DNA of 64,000 bases from Patescibacteria group bacterium UBA6532 (GTDB lineage Bacteria > Patescibacteriota > Minisyncoccia > Minisyncoccales > UBA6532): positions 11,936 to 75,935 of the forward strand of contig DJKW01000004.1 of NCBI GenBank assembly GCA_002434805.1, in the 5' to 3' direction. The translations under genes were made by a program, and so were the position numbers. Shown here piece after piece: positions 9,532 to 20,046 of this stretch. Under the pieces are notes generated by a model. The model made no database searches. It was not told the DNA's origin and saw only the letters and a list, made by a program, of their open reading frames with translations. Every line of letters starts with the position of its first letter. The stretch's first letter is position 1.

Positions 9532-11375
9532 TTTGTTATGAAAGTTTTGTACCAAATTTGAAAAGTGAGCAACGACCAAATCATGTCTAAGTTATACCTT
9601 TTTCCTGAAATATGATCATCTAAAATCTTTTTAATTTCTGGAAAATTAAAATATTCCTGGGTTTGATGATTATAATTTGGCGAAAGAACCTCATAAGCAA
9701 AGTCTTTTAAGCCCTTCCTTAGCCATTTAGCTGCTGGAGAAAACCAGCCTCGTTTCTCTTTGCCCAAAAGATGAGAAGGTAAGTATTCTTTCATTGCTTC
9801 CCTGAAAATCCACTTATTATCTTTTTTTCCCCGGACTTTATACTTTGTTGGAATTCTGAAAGCAAATTCTACTAAACGGTGATCCAAAATCGGCACCCTC
9901 TCCTCTAATCCAAAAGCCATGGTCATTTTGTCTGAACGAATTAAAGATTCGTCAGGAAGCCAGGTTAAAAGGTCTAAATACATAAGGTATTTTGTTTTAT
10001 CCTTAAACTTATCTTCAGGATACAACTTTCGCAAAAAATCTCCTGTAAGTTCTTCTAAAAAATCCTTTTTTAGAACCTGAGATAAAATTCGTGACTTCTC
10101 GCCCATGAATAAAAGATAGCGGCTAACGCCGGAAGGAGTATTAAGTTTTGACGCTAAGTCTTTTTTGGAAAACATTAATTTTAAGAAAGGAGGAAAGATA
10201 TTCTTTCTAAGAAAAGAAGGCAGAAGCTGATACTGATCTATCAGCTTACTGTAATAATAACGGGGGTATCCGCCAAAAATCTCATCTCCCCCATCGCCCC
10301 CCAAGACAACAGCCACTTCTTTTTTGGCAAGTTGAGAAAGAAGAAAATTAGGAACCTGAATAGGATTGGGAACAGGTTCTTCCATGTGCCAAATTACTTT
10401 CTCGATATTATCCCTAACATCAATATCGCTTACTAACAGTTCGTGGTGATCAGTTTTGTAGTATTTACTGGTTTGACGCGCCAGCCGAAAATCCCTATTA
10501 AATTTTTCCTCTTCAATATTAATATCAAAGCCAACAGAATAAGTTTTAATTTTCCCGGAAATGAATTGAGAAGCCATTCCTAAAATAGAGCTGGAATCAA
10601 TGCCTCCGCTCAAAAAAATACCCACTGGTCTGTCAGAAATTAACTGGCGTTTAACAGAATCTTTAAGCAGAGACTTTATCTCTTCTATTGCTTCTTCTTT
10701 AGAACTTATCTCAGAAGAGTCTTGAAGTTCCCAATATCTATGATGAGTAATCTTTCCTTTTTCATAAATTAAATAATTGGCCGGTGGAAGCTTCTTAATA
10801 TCCTGAAATAAAGTAAATGGGCTGGGAACAAAAAAAATCCGAAAATAATGCAAAAGGGCTTCTTTGTCTACTGCTCTCTTAATGGGATGAACCAAAATTG
10901 CCTTAATTTCCGAGGAAAAAATAAATTTTTTACCATCAAAATAATAATAAAGGGGTTTTACGCCAATTCTATCTCGAGCTAAAAAAATCTTATCTTTATT
11001 TTTATCGAAAATGGCAAAACCAAAAATTCCATTAAGATCTTCTAAGCATTTCTCTTCCTTTTCTTCATAAAGATGGATGATTACTTCGCTATCTGATTGA
11101 GAAAAAAACTTATGCCCTTTTTTTTGAAGCCCTTCTCTTATTTCCTGAAAATTATATATTTCACCGTTACAAATAAGACATATTGATTTGTCTTCATTCC
11201 AGATTGGCTGTCTGGCTTTTTCGGAAAGATCAATAATAGAAAGCCTGGCGTGGCCTAAAGAAATATTTTCACCGCAATAAAACCCTTCTTGGTCGGGTCC
11301 CCGGTGTCTGGTTATATCCACCATTTTTCTGATCAGTCCCTCGTCTTGAAAATTAAAACCATTAATACTACACAT
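9528..11375 (-). CDS. asnB: Asparagine synthase (glutamine-hydrolysing)-like amidotransferase
   Basis: N-terminal Cys (MCSI), HRGPD, NGEIYN, LSGGIDSS, GDGGDEIFGGY. Confidence 0.92.
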   Translation of the reverse strand: MCSINGFNFQDEGLIRKMVDITRHRGPDQEGFYCGENISLGHARLSIIDLSEKARQPIWNEDKSICLICNGEIYNFQEIREGLQKKGHKFFSQSDSEVIIHLYEEKEEKCLEDLNGIFGFAIFDKNKDKIFLARDRIGVKPLYYYFDGKKFIFSSEIKAILVHPIKRAVDKEALLHYFRIFFVPSPFTLFQDIKKLPPANYLIYEKGKITHHRYWELQDSSEISSKEEAIEEIKSLLKDSVKRQLISDRPVGIFLSGGIDSSSILGMASQFISGKIKTYSVGFDINIEEEKFNRDFRLARQTSKYYKTDHHELLVSDIDVRDNIEKVIWHMEEPVPNPIQVPNFLLSQLAKKEVAVVLGGDGGDEIFGGYPRYYYSKLIDQYQLLPSFLRKNIFPPFLKLMFSKKDLASKLNTPSGVSRYLLFMGEKSRILSQVLKKDFLEELTGDFLRKLYPEDKFKDKTKYLMYLDLLTWLPDESLIRSDKMTMAFGLEERVPILDHRLVEFAFRIPTKYKVRGKKDNKWIFREAMKEYLPSHLLGKEKRGWFSPAAKWLRKGLKDFAYEVLSPNYNHQTQEYFNFPEIKKILDDHISGKRYNLDMIWSLLTFQIWYKTFITK

Positions 11376-12402
11376 GAAAACCTAAAATTATTTTATCTAT
11401 TAAATTATCTAAATTATGATATTTAACGACTATTTCTTTTAAGCTTTTATCTTTCTCAACCCCTTTTAATTTAATAATCATCTGAGCTAACCCCTCTGAA
11501 TCTTTTTTCTTAAAAAGATATTTTGGATCTAAAATTGTTTCAAAAGCTTCATTGCAAGTTAAAACTAAACAACCAGAAATCATAGCCTCTAAAACTATTT
11601 TATCAATGCTCCCTGTATGGCTTAAATTCACAACTAAATCAGAATTTTGGTAATATTTTGACATTTCTCGGTGCGGTACTCCACCTAAAAATTCTATATA
11701 ATTTTGTAGGTTTTTTTCTTGAACTAAAAACTTTAATCTTTCAAAATATTTTTTTTCAGAATCCTCAAGAGGACTACCAATAATTTTTATCTCAATATCT
11801 CTAATGCTTTTTTGATTTATTAAAATATCAATGGCATGAATTAATGTTTCTAAATCTTTTGAAGGAGCAATTCTACCTACAGATAATATCCTAAGTTTTA
11901 ATGAACTTGTAATAAGTTCTGATTGTTTAAATTGATCTATATCAATACCATGTCCGAGAATTTTGATTTTTTTTCGGTTTTTCAAACGATTACTTTCTTC
12001 CGAAGCAGTTAAAATATTATCTACTAATTTTTCTGCTAGTTTCAACTTCCAGTTTAAAGATTTATGAAGAAACCAAAGCATCATTTTCTTTCTAAATATT
12101 TTCACTAAAGGAAAAGAAGTAATTACGTAAATTGGAGACATATGAATAAAAACTCCATCTACGACAGGAAGAGTTTTTAAGAGAATTTTTTGTAATCTGA
12201 AAAATTGTTTTAATTTTGAAAAACCATTTTCTTTTCCAAGAGATAAAACTTCAACATTATCTGGTAATCTATATTCCCCCTTCCAAAGACAAATTACATA
12301 AAGTTTATCTAATCTCGCAGAAAACTTTTCTAACCATTTATGAAAAAATCCTAAATTGTCATCGTTAATATCAACCTTCTGAGTAATAACTAATAATTTC
12401 AT
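11368..12402 (-). CDS. GT4 glycosyltransferase
   Basis: GHGID, VGRIAPSK, GSIDKIVLEAM. Confidence 0.88.
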   Translation of the reverse strand: MKLLVITQKVDINDDNLGFFHKWLEKFSARLDKLYVICLWKGEYRLPDNVEVLSLGKENGFSKLKQFFRLQKILLKTLPVVDGVFIHMSPIYVITSFPLVKIFRKKMMLWFLHKSLNWKLKLAEKLVDNILTASEESNRLKNRKKIKILGHGIDIDQFKQSELITSSLKLRILSVGRIAPSKDLETLIHAIDILINQKSIRDIEIKIIGSPLEDSEKKYFERLKFLVQEKNLQNYIEFLGGVPHREMSKYYQNSDLVVNLSHTGSIDKIVLEAMISGCLVLTCNEAFETILDPKYLFKKKDSEGLAQMIIKLKGVEKDKSLKEIVVKYHNLDNLIDKIILGFHV

Positions 12403-12403
12403 A

Positions 12404-13087
12404 TTAAAGATTAAATGTTCTTCTTGTTTTTCTCAATCTTTCTTCAGTGCCTAAGTCTTGAAAAAAACCATTATGAACAAAATTACCGAGCATTCCTTCT
12501 TGAGATATTTTAGGAAAAATATCTTTTTCTATCATAAAAAATTCAGAGTCCACACCATTAAATATATTAGGTGAAAGAATATATACACCAACGTTTATGA
12601 ATTCTGATGATTTTTTATTCTCAAAATCCGGTTTTTCTAAAAATTTAATTGTTGATCCTGAATCAACCATAACAACTCCCAATCCTTCATAATTAGCAAC
12701 CTTAGATATTACATGCATATTAGGAAAAGAAGATTCTTTAAATACATCAATAAACTTAGATAAATTCAAGTCTGTTAATATATCCCCATTTAGCACTAAA
12801 AATGGTTCTTTAAAGCCTTTGGAAGTAAATTTAATCGCACCTCCGGTACCTAAAGGTTCTTTCTCAACTACGTAATCGTGCTTCCCAGCTAAATAATCTA
12901 TTATTTCATTCGCTTTAAAACCTAAAGATAATTTAATCTCTTTATCTTTAATGCCATGGCTTTTAAGCCAATCTATTTGATGCTGTAAAATAGGCTTTTG
13001 ACCTACTTTCACAAGGGCTTTTGGAATATCTTTGGCTGATTGAGAAAGCCTAGTAGCTTTTCCCCCAGCTAATATAATTGTCTTCAT
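12404..13087 (-). CDS. Sugar-phosphate nucleotidyltransferase (NTP_transferase family)
   Basis: LAGGKATRL, PKAL, EPLGTGGA, LNGD, EKP, DLGT. Confidence 0.88.
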   Translation of the reverse strand: MKTIILAGGKATRLSQSAKDIPKALVKVGQKPILQHQIDWLKSHGIKDKEIKLSLGFKANEIIDYLAGKHDYVVEKEPLGTGGAIKFTSKGFKEPFLVLNGDILTDLNLSKFIDVFKESSFPNMHVISKVANYEGLGVVMVDSGSTIKFLEKPDFENKKSSEFINVGVYILSPNIFNGVDSEFFMIEKDIFPKISQEGMLGNFVHNGFFQDLGTEERLRKTRRTFNL

Positions 13088-13094
13088 AATCCCT

Positions 13095-13766
13095 TTAAGA
13101 TAATTTATTGTGTTTTTTCTTATAAGATTTCAGAAAATTCTTAATATTATGACTATCACTGCCATAAGTAATTTTAACTTTCTTCTTTCTTAACATACTA
13201 AGAAATTCTTTGTCTGGAACTTTGTATTTTTTATTGAATTCAAAAACTTTTTTATATTTTTTAGCATTTTTAACAATCGCTTTCTTCATTGAATTAGGTA
13301 GCCTTATCTCATATTTTTTTAACATCGCTGTAGGATGAGCAATAATATCAACATTCTTATTTTTTTGAAGTTCTATCATTGCTCTGTACCATAAATGAAG
13401 TGCTCTTTTCTTATCAGATAAAATTTCTTCATGCACTAAATATTTTTCTTTTGCTTTTGGTATTCTATGAAAAGATCCTAAAACTAAATCAACTTTCTTA
13501 AAGACTTTATTGGTAGCATCAATATTGCCATTTAAATCAATAACCTTTGCTTCAATCCCTGAATAAATTTTTACTTGAGGATATTTTCTCTGTACTCTTT
13601 TAATCTCTTTTACAAATTTATCTACCCATTTAGTATTTTTTTCAACATGCTCAGTAAAAGCTATCTCTTTCAATCCTAATTTAATGGCTGTTTTTACCAT
13701 TTCCTCAATACTGTTTTCTCCATCATAAGAAAATTTAGAGTGTAAATGAGTGTCCTGATTTGTCAT
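13095..13766 (-). CDS. PHP-domain phosphoesterase
   Basis: DTHLHS..DG, TEH, GIE, AHP, GSDSH metal motifs. Confidence 0.88.
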   Translation of the reverse strand: MTNQDTHLHSKFSYDGENSIEEMVKTAIKLGLKEIAFTEHVEKNTKWVDKFVKEIKRVQRKYPQVKIYSGIEAKVIDLNGNIDATNKVFKKVDLVLGSFHRIPKAKEKYLVHEEILSDKKRALHLWYRAMIELQKNKNVDIIAHPTAMLKKYEIRLPNSMKKAIVKNAKKYKKVFEFNKKYKVPDKEFLSMLRKKKVKITYGSDSHNIKNFLKSYKKKHNKLS

Positions 13767-14799
13767 AATATATTTCTTGCCAATAACGAATCATTTTTGT
13801 TCCCCATTTAATCTTCGGCTTAACTATTTTTTCTCCTAGGGCTAATTTTACTGCCAAATAAACCAAATTTACTCCAGCTGCCGTACAAAGTACGGTTGTC
13901 CCTTGAAGCCTGGGATTAGATTCGATTATTTTAGGTACGCCGTTTTTATCTTTCTTAAACTGAAAACCGATATTACCGTTTAATTTCAAGGCCTCTATAA
14001 TTTTTTTGGAATATTTAATTATTTCTTTATCTTTAACAGTAGTTCCGACCACGCTTATTCCCATTTTAGTTTTATCTCTTGAACGAGGAACAACGAGGAG
14101 GACTTCACCCTCATCTGCTAAGGTATCAACGCTGTATTCTTTGCCTGGTAAATACTCCATAACTATTAATTCGGGAAAAGGTTTGGCAATCTTTAAAATA
14201 GACTGGGCCTCTTTAAAACTTATTAAAGCATTATTGGGTTTGGAATCAATTAACGAGGCAAGATGGTTTGGCTTTTTAGTTAAGATTCTGAACCCACGCG
14301 CTCCTTTAGAGATAGGCGGCTTAAAACAAACTCCTTTTTTAGGATAGCCAAGAGCAAAAACTGCTTTTTCAAATTCTTTATAATTTTTAGCTAAATAAAA
14401 GTCGGGTGCTGGAATGTTATTTCGTTTACAATGATCCAGTAAAGAATATTTATTATTGGCATTTTTAAGGGCGCCTGGATTAGAAATAGAAATTTTAATA
14501 CCGTGATCTTCAAACTTTTTTTTAGATTGAGCTAATTCATTAATCCCGGAGGCAGACAAAGGTAAAATAACGTCTACTTTTTCTTTTTTTGAAATCTTTA
14601 AAAGAGTCTGAATGAAATTTTTATCTTGAGCTGGAGGAACAATATATGATTTATCAACCATGCTAAAACCTACTGCATTTTTATCCATATCTATTCCTAC
14701 TATCTTTATTTTTCTCTCCTTAATTAATTTAAGACTCTTAATTGTTCCAGGGGCTCCCGGACCCCCGATCCCCGTAATTAAGACTGTGGCTTGTTTCAT
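13735..14799 (-). CDS. ATP-grasp ligase (stand-alone, CarB-like)
   Basis: KP..SKGARG, MEYLPGKEYSVD, IESNPRLQG. Confidence 0.88.
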   Translation of the reverse strand: MKQATVLITGIGGPGAPGTIKSLKLIKERKIKIVGIDMDKNAVGFSMVDKSYIVPPAQDKNFIQTLLKISKKEKVDVILPLSASGINELAQSKKKFEDHGIKISISNPGALKNANNKYSLLDHCKRNNIPAPDFYLAKNYKEFEKAVFALGYPKKGVCFKPPISKGARGFRILTKKPNHLASLIDSKPNNALISFKEAQSILKIAKPFPELIVMEYLPGKEYSVDTLADEGEVLLVVPRSRDKTKMGISVVGTTVKDKEIIKYSKKIIEALKLNGNIGFQFKKDKNGVPKIIESNPRLQGTTVLCTAAGVNLVYLAVKLALGEKIVKPKIKWGTKMIRYWQEIYYDKSGHSFTL

Positions 14800-14801
14800 G
14801 T

Positions 14802-15440
14802 TTATTTGATTATTAATCGAACTACCTCAAAAGCTTCAGCATAAGATGCACCGATTTGAACCCCTCTAACCTTAGCTAAGCTTCTAATAAATTTTTCGTC
14901 CATGTATAGACGGTGCTCTTGAGATTTATATTTTTTTATAGCTGCTATTTTCTTCTCAATATTTTTTTCCTCTAAAAGTATAAAACCAACAGTACTGAAA
15001 GTAAGGTGGCCCCATGGATCTTCGTAACATAAGATAGTAGTGCGCTTAAAGGCGCGTAATCCCTCCTTAGCAATTACTTGATGGTCTTGATGAATATCGC
15101 CCAATGTAGGCATAAAAACTAAATCTGGCTTTATCTTATCTCTAAGCTTCAACATTTCTTCTAAAATCTCCTGACGATGCTCGGTTAAATTTCTTACCGG
15201 GTAATCATAAATTAAAAGATGCTGAGAATCAATCTCTAAAACCTTTGCCGATTCTTTTAATTCCTCTAAAAGTATATCAGGGCTTAAAGAAGATTCCTTT
15301 AAAATAGGAGCTTTTGAGAAATTAGCTAAAAAAACTTCTTTACCTTCCTCTATGAATTTAGTGATTGTCCCGCCGCACCCGATTTCAGCGTCATCGGTAT
15401 GAGGAGCTAAAACTAATATTTTTTGAACGTTATTGAACAT
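14802..15440 (-). CDS. PIG-L/LmbE family N-deacetylase
   Basis: APHTDDAEIGCGG, DIHQDH, YKSQ. Confidence 0.9.
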   Translation of the reverse strand: MFNNVQKILVLAPHTDDAEIGCGGTITKFIEEGKEVFLANFSKAPILKESSLSPDILLEELKESAKVLEIDSQHLLIYDYPVRNLTEHRQEILEEMLKLRDKIKPDLVFMPTLGDIHQDHQVIAKEGLRAFKRTTILCYEDPWGHLTFSTVGFILLEEKNIEKKIAAIKKYKSQEHRLYMDEKFIRSLAKVRGVQIGASYAEAFEVVRLIIK

Positions 15441-15489
15441 ATTTTTACTTTTATTAAGTTTTAATTCTTATTATCTGTCTTAGCTATTT

Positions 15490-15518
15490 ATCATAAAATA
15501 ATTTTCGATTTTTGGCAA
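15490..15518 (-). promoter_or_regulatory. sigma70 promoter for the PIG-L/ATP-grasp/PHP module
   Basis: TTGCCA-17 nt-TATGAT on minus strand. Confidence 0.55.
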
Positions 15519-15534
15519 TATTGACCGACTTTAT

Positions 15535-16629
15535 CTAATTATTAATCATTTGGATGTAATTTTCCATATACTTTTCATTAGAGAAATTTTTAGCTACAAA
15601 ATTCTTACCAATTCTTCCCATTTTAATCGCTAAATCTCTGTTCTTTATTAAAATTTTTAATTTTTCTGCCAGTTCGTTTGAATTACCAACTTCAAATAAA
15701 AATCCGGTTTGGCCATCCTCAATTAACTCCGGGATGCCTCCCACCTCGCTGGCGATCAAAGGCTTACTAAGAGCCTGAGCCTCCAATAAGACTCTTGGTA
15801 ACCCCTCAGACAAAGAAGGTAAAACTAAACAATAACAATCTTTCATGATATTCTTCGTTTCTTCTAAAGAAAGCTTTCCCTTAAATTCTACCCTATCCAG
15901 CAATTTTAAATCCTTAACCTTAGATTTTAAGTTCTCTCTTTCTTCTCCCTCTCCGATAATTATTAACTTAAAATCAGGAAAGTCTTTGCTAGTCTTAGCA
16001 AAAGCATCAATCAGGTATTCTGTTCCCTTAACTTCTTCTAGCTGTCCCACGAATAAAATATAATTATTGTAGCTAATACTGCTTTCTTTAAGAAATATTT
16101 CTAAATCAGTAAAAGTTGGAAATAAAAAGTATGGCTTTTTGGGAGCAATTTCTTTAGCTCTTTTTATTAAATATCTAGCCACCCCTCTAATTTTGTCTGC
16201 ATTTTTAAAGCTGAATCTGGCTATGGCAGGAATAAATTTTCTTTGAAAAGATTCAAATCTCCTTTTTTTAGAAAGAAATGGGCCATCTTCCCAATCTCCG
16301 TGAATCTCAACTATTAATTCTTTTTTAAATAAAATCTTTAAGATGGATCCCAAAAAACCTTCTAATAACGGAGATTGGCTTATTATTACATCAATTCTTT
16401 TTACCAAACACAAATAAACCGTTAGGAAAAAAGCCAGGGGCCAAAAGAAAATTCCTTGAGGTAAGAGATAAACGTCTGCTCCCCAAATTTTTTTATGAAA
16501 AGGCCGTCCTCTACCTAATAAATAGGGCTTTGTTCCTTTGCTTAACCCTAAAAACTTCTTTTGAAGATGCAATGGCGGCGATTTCTCAAAATCAAATTTT
16601 GTAACTCCAATAAATAAAACTTTCTTCAT
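15535..16629 (-). CDS. GT4 glycosyltransferase
   Basis: PSLSEGLPRVLLEA. Confidence 0.9.
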   Translation of the reverse strand: MKKVLFIGVTKFDFEKSPPLHLQKKFLGLSKGTKPYLLGRGRPFHKKIWGADVYLLPQGIFFWPLAFFLTVYLCLVKRIDVIISQSPLLEGFLGSILKILFKKELIVEIHGDWEDGPFLSKKRRFESFQRKFIPAIARFSFKNADKIRGVARYLIKRAKEIAPKKPYFLFPTFTDLEIFLKESSISYNNYILFVGQLEEVKGTEYLIDAFAKTSKDFPDFKLIIIGEGEERENLKSKVKDLKLLDRVEFKGKLSLEETKNIMKDCYCLVLPSLSEGLPRVLLEAQALSKPLIASEVGGIPELIEDGQTGFLFEVGNSNELAEKLKILIKNRDLAIKMGRIGKNFVAKNFSNEKYMENYIQMINN

Positions 16630-17783
16630 GGTTTTAACGCTTTTAGTGTTTCATTTACTAAATTTTCCCAACTAAACTTTTTAAGTTTAATCTTTGAATT
16701 TTCTATAAATTTTTGCTTTAAGTTTTTGTCGTTTATTAATTTAATTATAGCTTTTTTTAATTGCTCTTTATTATTATATTCCACTAAAATTCCGTTAACT
16801 CCATCTTCTATCAATTCGGGGTTTCCTCCCTCATTCGTGGTTATTACGGGGACTCCCAACTGCATAGATTCCAAAATAACATGAGCAAAGCCTTCTTGAG
16901 CTGAATTAAGAATAAAAATATCGGATTTTTTAAAAAATAAAGGTATCTCCTCATGAGAAACTCGCCCAACTAATTTAACCTTATCTCCAAGCCCTAATTT
17001 TTTAATCTTAAATTCTAAGTTTTTTCTTTCATCCCCTTCTCCTATAATCAATAGTTTTAAATTTGGTATTTCCTGAAGTAAATCTTTTGTGATTTCAATT
17101 AAGCAATGAAATCCTTTCCAGGAATCTAATCTTCCAATCGATAATATAGTTTTTCCATCGGATTTAATTTCCTCTTGAGAATCTTTATTAAAAATATCTA
17201 AACTGAGCAAATCTTTTGGCGCATTATAAATTAATTGTATTTTGTTCTCTGGGACCCCCCAGCTATTAATGGATTTTTTCAAATAGTTGCATGGGACAAC
17301 GATTAAATTAGCCCTCTTAGCCAGCGCTTCTTGCATCCTTTTTAAAAGTTTAATTTTAAAAGTTTTTGCTTTATGAAATTCGCTTATTCTTCCAGAAAAC
17401 CAGCCCCTCATTGAACTCTGCTCCCAAGCGTAATTTCCTACTACCTTTATGACAAGTTTCTTTCTTAAAATTTTAGAAGCTAATATCGATGGGAATCCAG
17501 CGCTAGTTAAATTCTGGGCATAAATAACGTCAGAATCTTTTGCTAAATTTAATAAGTGTAAAAAATATAAAAAATGCCTTAACCCTTTTGGATATCTTCG
17601 AGAAACCCTAATAACCGAAAAGTCATATTTTTTCGTTTTAGGGTTTGAATTTAATCCACCAGCATAAGTAATCACTGCCACCTCTAAATTACGTTGAGAT
17701 AGCTTATTTGCCAATCTCTCAACATATATTGCTGGTCCTCCAATGTCTGGAGGAAAAATACCAGTGGCAATTAATATTTTCAT
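16626..17783 (-). CDS. GT4 glycosyltransferase
   Basis: Start MKILIATGIFPPDIGGPA (ATGA overlap); EGFAHVILES. Confidence 0.9.
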   Translation of the reverse strand: MKILIATGIFPPDIGGPAIYVERLANKLSQRNLEVAVITYAGGLNSNPKTKKYDFSVIRVSRRYPKGLRHFLYFLHLLNLAKDSDVIYAQNLTSAGFPSILASKILRKKLVIKVVGNYAWEQSSMRGWFSGRISEFHKAKTFKIKLLKRMQEALAKRANLIVVPCNYLKKSINSWGVPENKIQLIYNAPKDLLSLDIFNKDSQEEIKSDGKTILSIGRLDSWKGFHCLIEITKDLLQEIPNLKLLIIGEGDERKNLEFKIKKLGLGDKVKLVGRVSHEEIPLFFKKSDIFILNSAQEGFAHVILESMQLGVPVITTNEGGNPELIEDGVNGILVEYNNKEQLKKAIIKLINDKNLKQKFIENSKIKLKKFSWENLVNETLKALKP

Positions 17784-18892
17784 ATTAATATTTTTTGGTA
17801 AATTTGATTTACTCTTTGGGCAATATTTTGCCAATTATATTTTGGTAATTCAGCCAAAGCATTATTAACTAAGTTTTGAGCAAGTTCGGGTTGAGAATGA
17901 ATTTTAATAAGAGTTAAAGCGATCCCTTCTGAATTCTTTGGCTCAACTAAAATTCCGGTCTTCCCGTCTTCAATAATATCTCTTATTCCACCGATATTGG
18001 TCCCAATAACTGGGACCCTGGCTGCTTGAGCTTCTAAGATTACTATTCCAAATCCTTCCCTTAAAGAGGGTAAAACAAAGCAATCGGCGGCGGCAAGGTG
18101 TTCTGGAATTTTCTTATTGGAAATCTCTCCAAAAAACTTAACCCTATTTTGAAGACCTAAATTTTTTACTAATCTTTCAAGATTTTTTCTTTCTGAACCA
18201 TCGCCAATAATAAAAAGTTTGTAATTTATGGTAAACAGTTCATCCTGCTTTAAAGCCTTAATTAAATATTCTATTCCTTTAACCTTTTCTAATCTGGCTA
18301 TTATCATTATTAAAAATTCATTTTTAATTCCCAGCTTATCTCTACTTCTTTGACGATCAAAACCTTGAAGTCTCTTTAATTCTACACCGTTAGGAATTAT
18401 TTCAATATTGGAACATCCGATCTCTTCAAAATACTTTTTAATAGCAGAACTGGCTGCAATGCAGACTTTGGCATTCTTGTAAACTAATTTCCTTAAAAAA
18501 CCCTTATTCTCTTCTAAGCGCTGAACTGTTATAATATAAGGAGTTTTAGTCAACTTAGAAAGTGAGTAGCCTAAAAAAGAGCTTAAAAATCCCTGGCAGT
18601 GAAGTAAATCTATTTTCTCCCTCTTAATCACTTTGAGGGAATTTAAAAATATAAAGGGCAGAGAAGTTAAAATATAAAGAAGTGAAGAATAAGAAAGATC
18701 CCTTAAGGAAAATAAAGAAGTCCTGGATATATTAACTCCGCTTTTAATTTCCTCTTTGGGTTGATCCGCCACTTTTCCGGTTACGACAAAAACCCCGACT
18801 TTTTCAGAAAGTCTTTCGGCGATATTTTGGGTCCATTGCTCTAATCCCCCAATCACTGGATAATAATGTAAGACTGGTATTAAAACTTTCAT
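17780..18892 (-). CDS. GT4 glycosyltransferase
   Basis: YYPVIGG, IPNGV, PSLREGFGIVILEA. Confidence 0.9.
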   Translation of the reverse strand: MKVLIPVLHYYPVIGGLEQWTQNIAERLSEKVGVFVVTGKVADQPKEEIKSGVNISRTSLFSLRDLSYSSLLYILTSLPFIFLNSLKVIKREKIDLLHCQGFLSSFLGYSLSKLTKTPYIITVQRLEENKGFLRKLVYKNAKVCIAASSAIKKYFEEIGCSNIEIIPNGVELKRLQGFDRQRSRDKLGIKNEFLIMIIARLEKVKGIEYLIKALKQDELFTINYKLFIIGDGSERKNLERLVKNLGLQNRVKFFGEISNKKIPEHLAAADCFVLPSLREGFGIVILEAQAARVPVIGTNIGGIRDIIEDGKTGILVEPKNSEGIALTLIKIHSQPELAQNLVNNALAELPKYNWQNIAQRVNQIYQKILI

Positions 18893-20027
18893 GTTTTTCG
18901 TTCATCCTCAAATAAAATTTAATATAGAAAACTTAAAGCTTGTTTTTTATAGTTTTTTAAAATCTCCTGATCTAGAAACTTTAAATAAAAAGTTGTCCTT
19001 TTATTTTCCAGACAAAACCCTTGTCTTCACTGATATGGGCCGTTCTGCTTTCCGTCTTATTATAGAAAGATTCAACCTTCAAAATTCTCAAATAATTTTA
19101 CCAGCTTACATCTGCGATATATTCTTTCCCATATTTAAACAATATAACATATCCCCTATCTTTTTAGATATAGAAAAGGATACTTTTAATCTTAACTCAA
19201 ACCTCCTTTTAGACAAGATTAACCCCGAGGTTAAGTCAATTTTAGTTTCTCATACCTACGGCCTTCCTCTAGATATTAAGAAAATCAAAGAAATAGCTGG
19301 AAAGGAAGTTCTGGTTATTGAAGACTGCGCCCACAGTTTTGGAGCTAAGATAAATGAAGCCTTCGTTGGAAATTTCGGTGATGCCGCTCTCTTTAGCTTG
19401 TATAAATCATTTCCCAGTTTGCGAGGAGGAATGGCAGTATTACCTAAAAATGAAGAATCTTCTTTACCTAAAACTAATTTCAATTTTCGAGACTTTATTT
19501 CTCTCTTAAACTCTTGTTCTTCCTTTGCTTATTTTTTTAAAAAATACGGAAATGAAATCTCTCCAAAATTTTTAAGAAAAGAGAAACTAGATAACCCAAG
19601 CCAACTCAATAGGGTTTCCCTAAATCTATTTCTTAATTTCTTTAATGGATTTGAAAAGAATTTAGATAATAGAATCCAACTAGCTTTGCTTTTTAAAGAA
19701 GAGCTTAGAAAATTAGGCTTTAAAGTTCAAGATTCTAGAAATAACGTCTTTACTTATCTTTCTGCACTGGTGCCAGAAAGTATCAATCGCGATCAACTAG
19801 TCAAAAAACTAAGGAAGTATAATGTCTTTTGTACAAGGATCTGGCATACTCCTATTATCTTAAATCCTAAAGTCCAGAAAGAATATAATTTGAATCTAGC
19901 TGAATTCCCAAATACTATTAATGCTACTAAAAGAATTATTAACTTTCCCTTACAGAACTTTTACACTGAAAAAGATATCAGAAAAATGGTATCAGCACTT
20001 GACAAATCTATGCATGATATGGTATAA
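18891..20027 (+). CDS. Divergent DegT-family PLP-dependent aminotransferase
   Basis: GRSA, HTYG, IEDCAHSFG, FSLYK (PLP Lys). Confidence 0.8.
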   Translation: MFFVHPQIKFNIENLKLVFYSFLKSPDLETLNKKLSFYFPDKTLVFTDMGRSAFRLIIERFNLQNSQIILPAYICDIFFPIFKQYNISPIFLDIEKDTFNLNSNLLLDKINPEVKSILVSHTYGLPLDIKKIKEIAGKEVLVIEDCAHSFGAKINEAFVGNFGDAALFSLYKSFPSLRGGMAVLPKNEESSLPKTNFNFRDFISLLNSCSSFAYFFKKYGNEISPKFLRKEKLDNPSQLNRVSLNLFLNFFNGFEKNLDNRIQLALLFKEELRKLGFKVQDSRNNVFTYLSALVPESINRDQLVKKLRKYNVFCTRIWHTPIILNPKVQKEYNLNLAEFPNTINATKRIINFPLQNFYTEKDIRKMVSALDKSMHDMV

Positions 20028-20039
20028 TGTAAACAGTGA
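19999..20039 (+). promoter_or_regulatory. Consensus sigma70 promoter with downstream AACAGTGA motif
   Basis: TTGACA(19999)-18 nt ending TGG-TATAAT(20023)-3 nt-AACAGTGA; the -10 contains the upstream gene's TAA stop. Confidence 0.8.
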
Positions 20040-20046
20040 TTGATAA

